A DNA stretch of 64,000 nt from Planctomycetota bacterium (lineage in GTDB: Bacteria; Planctomycetota; UBA11346): the NCBI GenBank assembly GCA_038231435.1, contig JBBRLJ010000018.1, positions 32,001 through 96,000 of the forward strand, written 5' to 3'. Below the pieces are notes generated by a model. It was not told the DNA's origin. It ran no database searches and saw only the letters and a program-made list of their open reading frames with translations. Positions 57,785 to 64,000 of the stretch are shown here, piece after piece. Within the stretch, counting starts at the first letter, position 1; each line of letters starts with the position of its first letter. A program made the translations under genes and the position numbers.

Positions 57785-60142
57785 TCAGGACCGCGGATCC
57801 GCCTCCACCACATGGGCGCCAGCTCCGAGCTCGATGAGGTAGCGGTCCCCCTCGCGTGTCGACGCGACCGGCTTGCCGTCGACGAGGATCGACGGCGTGC
57901 GCCGATCGACCGCCGGCAGCAGCACCCGGGCCGGACGCGGGGCGGTCAACTCGAGCCGCAGGCGCTCGTGGCTGCGCTGCCAACGCACCTGGACGACGCC
58001 GTGCGGCGTGGGCACCGTGCCCGCGGCCCAGTCGAGATCCGCGAGGATCGGAGCCACCAAGATTCGTTCGAAGCCGGCTTCGAGCGGGCGCACGCCGAGC
58101 AGGCGCGCTGGCATGGTGTAGGTCGGACCGGCCGACCAGCCGTGGCACGCGCTCAGGCCGCGGTCGAAGTGCTTGTGGCGCGGCCAGTCGAGCGAGAAGT
58201 ACTCCCAGAAGGTGGTCGCGCCGCGGCGGATCATCTCGCCCCAGTAGCGACGCATCAGCTCCACCGCCGCGGTCTCGGCGCCGTAATCGAGCATGCCCTC
58301 GATGACGAAGAAGGCGTTGAAGCCGGTATCCATCGCCGCCACTCCCGCGCCGACCAGGCGGTCCGCCGCTTCGCGACCGAGACCGCGCTCAGGCACCCCA
58401 GACCATAGCGCGTAGCCGGTGTCGTTCTGGCCGTAGCGGTGCGATGCGTCGCGGTTGGATGGTCCGGCCAGGCCGGTGACCGGATCGATAAGCGTCTCGC
58501 GCAGCGCCTTGGCCATCGCGTCCGCGGTCTTGGCCCAACGTCCGGCCTCGGCGGCATGTCCCTTGCGCTTGGCCAGGTCGGCGCCGCGCGCCATCAACAC
58601 TTGGAACGGGAAGGCTTCCCAGGCGCTGAAGCTGACCTGGGGCTGGGTCTTCCACGTGTCGAAATCCCCGCCCTTGGCTGGAGAGCCGACGAGCGACACC
58701 GAGTTCTTCTCGGCCTGCTCGACTGTCCAGTCGCACAGCCTGACGAAATTCGGCCACAGCTCCTCGAGGAATGAGCGGTCGCCGGTGAACCACCAGTGGT
58801 CGATGAAGGCGAGCCCGAAATGCGCCGACCACGCCGGGTAGAAGCCGTGGCAGCCACGGTACGGGCCGTACGGCGGCAGCGCGCCCTCAGCGTATTGCAG
58901 CGCGAACATCTGGCGCAGGGTCTTGCGATTCAGGCGCGGATCGCCGAAGGCGTACATCGAGATGCGATTCTCGGGATACACGTCGCCGCCATAGGTGGTG
59001 CGCTCGCGCCACGGGCAGTCGACGAAATGATCGAGCATGCTCAGGCGCATGGTGTGCGCGCCCACCTTCCAGATGTCGGTGAGCATGTCGTCAGAGCAGC
59101 TGAAGGCGCCGACGTGCTCGACCGGATAGGTGTTCATCTCCACCGACACCGAATCGATCTCGATGCGCTCGGGAACCTCGGGGAACACCAACTTCAAATA
59201 GCGAAAAGTGCGGCGGTTGAATGCCTGCAGCACCTGAGCGCCGCCCTTGAGCACGAAGCGGTCGACGCGCACCAGGTTGAGGCCCTCGCCGTAGAGCACG
59301 TCGACGACGCCGCCCGCGCTCTTGGCGATACGGATCTCGGGATAGCCGGTGACCAGCTCGTTGAAGTCGAGCAGGATCGAGGGCGAGAAGTCGGCGTGCG
59401 TCTTCTTCACCTCGGTGAACTTCTCGCCATACGACGGCCCCTGCACCAGACGCTGCTCGTGGTAGACCTCCCAGTCGTCGCGCCAGGCGTAGGTGACGCT
59501 GGCGCTCTCCCACGTGGCGCTGACCGGCCGGCGCAGCTCGCCGCCGAGCCAGGGGATTTCGCGTTCAACCAGGCGGGTCCACGGCTCGACCGGCGGCTTG
59601 CCGATCACCAGCGGCGCGCTCCAGGAGCGGTCGTCGAAGCCGGCTTCCATCCAGCCGGGGATCTCCTTCCGCGTATCGATGTACTCCTTGTAGTCGGCGT
59701 AGAGCGTGCAGTTGATCGGCGCGGCCTGGTCCCACTCGGGGGCATGCAGCACCTTCCAGCCAGCATCGCTCACCAGCAGCGGCGCCTTGGCGCCATCGGC
59801 ATGGACCTGCACGAGCAGGCCGCCGCGGCCCCAGTTCTGGCCGATGATGCCTTGGGGCGCGTCCGAATACGAGTACGCGATCACGGCGATCGCGTTCTTG
59901 CCGGGTCGCAGGAACGGCGCGATGTCGTGGACGTCGTAGTAGTAGCGCGATGGATCGGTCGGATTCGGTCCCCGGCCGACGATGCGGCCGTTGACGAACA
60001 GCCGGTAGAGACTGCTCGCGGTGATGTTCACCGCCACCGCGGCGGGGACGCGTTCGAGCGTGAACTCGCGCCGCGCGAAGAGATAGAAGTTGTCGGTGCG
60101 CGGGGTCGGCGGGTGCCAGATCCACGATGCGGTCCAATCCAT
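57785..60142 (-). CDS. GH78 alpha-L-rhamnosidase-like protein
   Basis: ASWIW, YRLFVNG, FVDCPWRER, GATTFWE, SACHGWSAGP, GTVPTPHG. Confidence 0.92.
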   Translation of the reverse strand: MDWTASWIWHPPTPRTDNFYLFARREFTLERVPAAVAVNITASSLYRLFVNGRIVGRGPNPTDPSRYYYDVHDIAPFLRPGKNAIAVIAYSYSDAPQGIIGQNWGRGGLLVQVHADGAKAPLLVSDAGWKVLHAPEWDQAAPINCTLYADYKEYIDTRKEIPGWMEAGFDDRSWSAPLVIGKPPVEPWTRLVEREIPWLGGELRRPVSATWESASVTYAWRDDWEVYHEQRLVQGPSYGEKFTEVKKTHADFSPSILLDFNELVTGYPEIRIAKSAGGVVDVLYGEGLNLVRVDRFVLKGGAQVLQAFNRRTFRYLKLVFPEVPERIEIDSVSVEMNTYPVEHVGAFSCSDDMLTDIWKVGAHTMRLSMLDHFVDCPWRERTTYGGDVYPENRISMYAFGDPRLNRKTLRQMFALQYAEGALPPYGPYRGCHGFYPAWSAHFGLAFIDHWWFTGDRSFLEELWPNFVRLCDWTVEQAEKNSVSLVGSPAKGGDFDTWKTQPQVSFSAWEAFPFQVLMARGADLAKRKGHAAEAGRWAKTADAMAKALRETLIDPVTGLAGPSNRDASHRYGQNDTGYALWSGVPERGLGREAADRLVGAGVAAMDTGFNAFFVIEGMLDYGAETAAVELMRRYWGEMIRRGATTFWEYFSLDWPRHKHFDRGLSACHGWSAGPTYTMPARLLGVRPLEAGFERILVAPILADLDWAAGTVPTPHGVVQVRWQRSHERLRLELTAPRPARVLLPAVDRRTPSILVDGKPVASTREGDRYLIELGAGAHVVEADPRS

Positions 60143-60171
60143 GATGCCTCCGGATATGCCTGGGAACCACG

Positions 60172-61500
60172 TCAGCGTGACGACGACGAAGCTCGGGCTT
60201 GGATGAACGGGATGGTCAACGGGCCCATCGGCAGCACCGCGACCGGCAGCTTCCCATCGGTCCAGCGCGCGGCGCAGGCCGCGAGCGACGCGTTGATGTC
60301 CTCGCCATGCTCGGTGCGCGTCAGGGCACGGTCGGCCGGGGCCAGCGTCGAATGCAGCACGATGCGCGCCTGTTCAAGACATTGGAGGAGCGTCTGCACC
60401 TGCCACTGGTCGTGGCGCGTGCGGCTCGCCGCCTTGATCGCCTGGTGCAGCTCAGGAGAACCGCGCGGATCCGCGAGGATCTTGCCGAACTCGCCCTCGG
60501 GCGGCAGGCCGACGCGGCATTCGCTCGCCACCAGGATGGTGCCGCCGCGCTCGACGATGCGCGCCGCCGCGGAGATGCCCTTGACCGTCTGGTAGAAATT
60601 CTGATCGAGCGGATAGCCGCTGTTGGTGGTGACCACCACCGGGAAACGGCGCGCGACCGGCGTCAGGGCCTCTTCGATCGCCTGATGGCAGCCAGCGTCG
60701 TGCGCGGCGCGGCACTCGCCGGCGAAGACCCCGGTGATGCGCTTGCCCAGGTTCAGCGTGACGTTGACGATGAAATCCGGCGGGCACAACGCGAGCATCT
60801 CGCGCGTCAGCGCCTGCAGCGGATTGGCGGCGATGTCGCCCCAGGTGGTGCCGGGGTGGGCGATCAGCGCAGCGCGATGGAAGTGCTGGATCGAGGCGAG
60901 CCCGGCGACACCCGGCATCACCGCCTTCGAACCACCCGAGAAGCCGGCATAGAAGTGCGGCTCGATGAAGCCGGTGGCGATCTTCACGTCGGCCTCTACC
61001 CACAGGCGGTTGAACCACGCCTCGCCGCCGCAGCGCGACGCGCCGACCCGCACCAAGCCGGCCGAATCGTTGCAGTCGTGGTTGACCACGCGGAAGCGCG
61101 CCGCCGAAGCGCCGAGCTTGCGCTCGATCTCGTGTGCGGTGGATCCACGGTGGGTGCCGGTGCCGACCAGCACCGTCACCATCGCATCGGCTACGCCGAG
61201 CCGCTCCACGACCCACGGCACCAGCAGGTGGTCGGGCACCGGTCGGGTGTGGTCGGCGATGACGATCACCACCGAACGCACCGGCCTGCCCAGCGATAGC
61301 GTCCTCGCGGCGATCAGCGCGCCCAGCGCCGGCGCGTCGCCGAACGGCGCGTCGACCGCGCGCGCGAACGCCGATTCGGGATCCGCCAGGGCTGGCGGAT
61401 CCTTGGGCATGATCACCGTCGCGTCGATCCGCGACTCGTCGATCGCCAGATCGATGCCGTGTTCTCCGTACGCGAGCTTGACCATGCGCGGCATCTTCAC
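60172..61500 (-). CDS. larA: Nickel-pincer-dependent lactate racemase family protein
   Basis: DHTRP, GTGTHR, EPHFYAGFSGGSK, QHFH, GYPLDQNFYQTVKG, DQWQ. Confidence 0.9.
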   Translation of the reverse strand: MKMPRMVKLAYGEHGIDLAIDESRIDATVIMPKDPPALADPESAFARAVDAPFGDAPALGALIAARTLSLGRPVRSVVIVIADHTRPVPDHLLVPWVVERLGVADAMVTVLVGTGTHRGSTAHEIERKLGASAARFRVVNHDCNDSAGLVRVGASRCGGEAWFNRLWVEADVKIATGFIEPHFYAGFSGGSKAVMPGVAGLASIQHFHRAALIAHPGTTWGDIAANPLQALTREMLALCPPDFIVNVTLNLGKRITGVFAGECRAAHDAGCHQAIEEALTPVARRFPVVVTTNSGYPLDQNFYQTVKGISAAARIVERGGTILVASECRVGLPPEGEFGKILADPRGSPELHQAIKAASRTRHDQWQVQTLLQCLEQARIVLHSTLAPADRALTRTEHGEDINASLAACAARWTDGKLPVAVLPMGPLTIPFIQARASSSSR

Positions 61501-61612
61501 CTTTTCGCTGCCCGCCGGGCGGACCAGGACCAGCCCCGATGTCCGCGGAAGGTACGCGGATCATCGAGGCATGTAAGCACGGAGCGGCATCGCCGCTCCG
61601 TCGACGGCGCGT

Positions 61613-63814
61613 TCAGCGCAGGAAGGCCTCGTGCAGACCGCCATCGATGGCGATGACCTGGCCGGTCGACTTGGACAGGCGGTTCGAGAGCAGCAGGAAG
61701 ATGCCCTCGGCCTGGTCCGCCGGGGTGATCGCCTTCTTCAGGAGCGTGCGGTCGGCGTAGAAGTTCGCGAGCTTGTCGCGCAGCTCCTCGGTCGATTCGC
61801 TCTCGCTGTAGGCGATCTTGTACTTCGCCAGCGAGCTGATCACGCGGTCGCGCGGGAACATCGCGCTGCCCTGCACCACCGTCGCGGGGGCGACGGCGTT
61901 CACCCGCACCAGCGGCGCCAGCTCGACGGCGAGCTCGCGCACCAGGTGGTTGGCGGCGGCCTTCGATGTGTCGTAGGCCAAAGAGCCCTTCTTCGCCACG
62001 GCGGCGTTGACGCTGGTGCACAGCACGATGTTCGCGGGCAGGCCCTGCTCCTTGAACAGCCTGCCGGCCTCGTCGCCGACGATGTAGCCGCCGGTGACGT
62101 TGATCGCGAAGGTCAGGGCCCACTTGTCGTCCGGGATTCGCCCGGCGGTATCGGGTGCGACGAAGATGCCGGCTGTGACCACCACCGCGTCGACGCCGCC
62201 GTACGCGAAGATCGAATCCTCGAGCATCGCGCGGACCTTGTCGCGGTTGGTGATGTCGGCGGCGAGGCCGATCGCCGGACCGCAGCCCGAGAGGCCGGTG
62301 CCCGCGACGCCGATGCCGACGCCGTGGATGTCGGTGATCTCCTTGGCGGTGGCGCCCGAGAGGTCCTCCTTCATGTCGACGCAGATCACCTGCGCGCCTT
62401 CCTTGACCAGACGGTGGGCCACTTCCTTGCCGATGCCGGAGCCGGCGCCGATCACCGCGATGACCTGGCGCGACAGCTCCTTCTCGGGCGGCATGCGCTT
62501 GAGCTTGGCTTCCTCGAGCAGCCAGTACTCGATGTCGAAGGCCTCCTGCTGGGCGATGGCGACGTACTCGTCCATGGCCTCGGCGCCGCGCATCACCTCG
62601 ACCGCACAGTTGTAGAACTCGGCGGTGACGCGCGATTCGGACTTGTCCTTGCCGAAGGCGATCATGCCGCAGCCCGGGATCAGGATCACCGACGGGCTGG
62701 CGTCGCGCATCGCCGGCGAATTGGCGCGCTTGCAGCGCTCGTAGTACGCGGCGTAGTCCTTGCGATACTGCTCGATGCCCTTCGCGAGCTTGGCCTTGAG
62801 CGCGGCGGCGTCCTCCTTCTGCGGATTCCAGTCGACGTAGAGCGGCTTGATCTTGGTGCGCAGGAAGTGGTCCGGGCACGAGGTGCCGAGCTCGGCGAGG
62901 CGCGCGGCGTCGACCGAGTTGACGAAGCGCAGCATGGTCTCGTCGTCCTGCACGGTCGCGATCAGGCGCTTCTTCTGCGATACCTGTCCGCGCAGCCACG
63001 GCAGGATGGCCACGAACGCCGCTTTCCTCTTCGCCTGATCCAGTGATTGCACCTTCTGGCCGCCGAAGGTCTTGTCGCCCTTGTCGGACTTGGCGATGTA
63101 GTCGTCAGCCTTCTTGATGATGTCGATGGTCAGCTCGTAGCAGGACTTGTCCTCATCGGTCCAGTTGATCACCCCATGGCCGCCCATGATGATGCCCTTG
63201 GCCTTGGGATGCTGCTTGCAGACCTCCTGCATTTTCAGGCCGAGATCGAATCCGGGACGCTGCCACGGGACCCACACCAGCTCGTCGCCATAGACCTTCC
63301 TGGTCAGCTCCTTCGAGTTCTTGGCGGCGGCGATGGCGATCACCGAGTTCGGGTGCATGTGGTCGACCTGCTTGTGCGGCACGTACGAGTGCAGCGGCGT
63401 GTCGATCGAGGTGGCGCGCGGATTGAGGTTGAAGGTGCAGTGGGGATACATGCCCACCATCAGGTCCTCGGTGTCGGTCTTGGGGCCCGGGTTGGGCAGC
63501 GCTGCGTAGGTCTTCTGCAAACCGATCAGCCGATCCTGGTAGAGCGACGAGAAGTTCTCCTTCTTCGAAGTGCGCAGGTCGCCGCCCGAACCCTTGACCC
63601 ACATCACCTCGACCATCTGGCCGGTGAGCGGATCCTTCTCCATGATCTTGCCCGAGGTGTTGCCGCCGCCGGTGTTGGTCACGCGCTGGTCCGAACCGAG
63701 CAGGTTCGAACGGTAGATCAGCTTGCCGACGGCGTCGAGCTTCGCGGCCACGGCATCGTCCCAGGCAGGGTACGGCTTGGCGGCGGACGAAGCTGAGGTC
63801 TTGGGAGCGGTCAT
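61613..63814 (-). CDS. Bifunctional rhamnulose-1-phosphate aldolase / lactaldehyde dehydrogenase (RhaEW type)
   Basis: GGGNTS, KGSGGDL, SIDTPLH, DHMH, GTSCPDHFLRTK, EYWLLEEAKL, then an SDR domain with GAGSGIG and YDTSK. Confidence 0.95.
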   Translation of the reverse strand: MTAPKTSASSAAKPYPAWDDAVAAKLDAVGKLIYRSNLLGSDQRVTNTGGGNTSGKIMEKDPLTGQMVEVMWVKGSGGDLRTSKKENFSSLYQDRLIGLQKTYAALPNPGPKTDTEDLMVGMYPHCTFNLNPRATSIDTPLHSYVPHKQVDHMHPNSVIAIAAAKNSKELTRKVYGDELVWVPWQRPGFDLGLKMQEVCKQHPKAKGIIMGGHGVINWTDEDKSCYELTIDIIKKADDYIAKSDKGDKTFGGQKVQSLDQAKRKAAFVAILPWLRGQVSQKKRLIATVQDDETMLRFVNSVDAARLAELGTSCPDHFLRTKIKPLYVDWNPQKEDAAALKAKLAKGIEQYRKDYAAYYERCKRANSPAMRDASPSVILIPGCGMIAFGKDKSESRVTAEFYNCAVEVMRGAEAMDEYVAIAQQEAFDIEYWLLEEAKLKRMPPEKELSRQVIAVIGAGSGIGKEVAHRLVKEGAQVICVDMKEDLSGATAKEITDIHGVGIGVAGTGLSGCGPAIGLAADITNRDKVRAMLEDSIFAYGGVDAVVVTAGIFVAPDTAGRIPDDKWALTFAINVTGGYIVGDEAGRLFKEQGLPANIVLCTSVNAAVAKKGSLAYDTSKAAANHLVRELAVELAPLVRVNAVAPATVVQGSAMFPRDRVISSLAKYKIAYSESESTEELRDKLANFYADRTLLKKAITPADQAEGIFLLLSNRLSKSTGQVIAIDGGLHEAFLR

Positions 63815-63834
63815 GGGTTCCTCGGGGTCAAAGT

Positions 63835-63865
63835 TCAGGGTGTCAGGGTGTCAGGGTGTCAGGGT
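63835..63865. repeat. Octamer tandem repeat (TCAGGGTG) x~4 overlapping the stop codon of the upstream gene
   Basis: Read directly. Confidence 0.9.
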
Positions 63866-64000
63866 AAGGATTGGAAACGCTGGTAGGCGGCCTGCCACGC
63901 GAGGGCGTCCTTGGCGACGTAGGTCGTCACCGGGAAGGAGGCGCGCACCACGCGGCGCAGGGCGGCGAGATCCTTCAGGCGGCCCATGGCGATGGCCTGG
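63859..64000 (-). CDS. rhaB: Rhamnulokinase C-terminus (partial)
   Basis: Manual translation QAIAMGRLKDLAALRRVVRASFPVTTYVAKDALAWQAAYQRFQSLP*, typical of RhaB ends; lies upstream of the RhaEW gene. Confidence 0.75.
   Translation of the reverse strand, partial: QAIAMGRLKDLAALRRVVRASFPVTTYVAKDALAWQAAYQRFQSLP

Overview
High-GC chromosomal window from a diderm bacterium (it carries lpxB). Protein content (helical secreted proteins, prepilin cassettes, FHA-Ser/Thr kinase, NatB-CPBP fusion, ceramidase-like and double-wHTH GntR proteins) points to Planctomycetota/PVC, which is an inference. Housekeeping genes (topA, rpsD, yicC, lpxB, rsgA, a UbiB-family kinase) are interleaved with four accessory blocks. 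(1) A translationally coupled G-G-H-I-J-K prepilin cassette with no assembly machinery, ending in a 1227-aa PilX/GspK-like protein that carries a CBM5/12-like motif (19432-27923). (2) A beta-barrel and a FecR-like gene followed by two giant paralogous surface proteins with a Cys-containing C-terminal sorting signal and duplicated promoters (38258-48403). (3) Intergenic structured repeats with compensatory base changes and GNA triloops (6139-6406, 9313-9494, 28856-29471). (4) Sugar catabolism: a GntR-controlled aldolase/SDR cluster and a rhamnose operon containing a LarA racemase. Eight genes show an xANNNT-N6-start pattern suggesting leaderless transcription. No rRNA, tRNA, CRISPR array, integrase or transposase was recognised. 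All calls are from reading motifs by eye; no searches were run.
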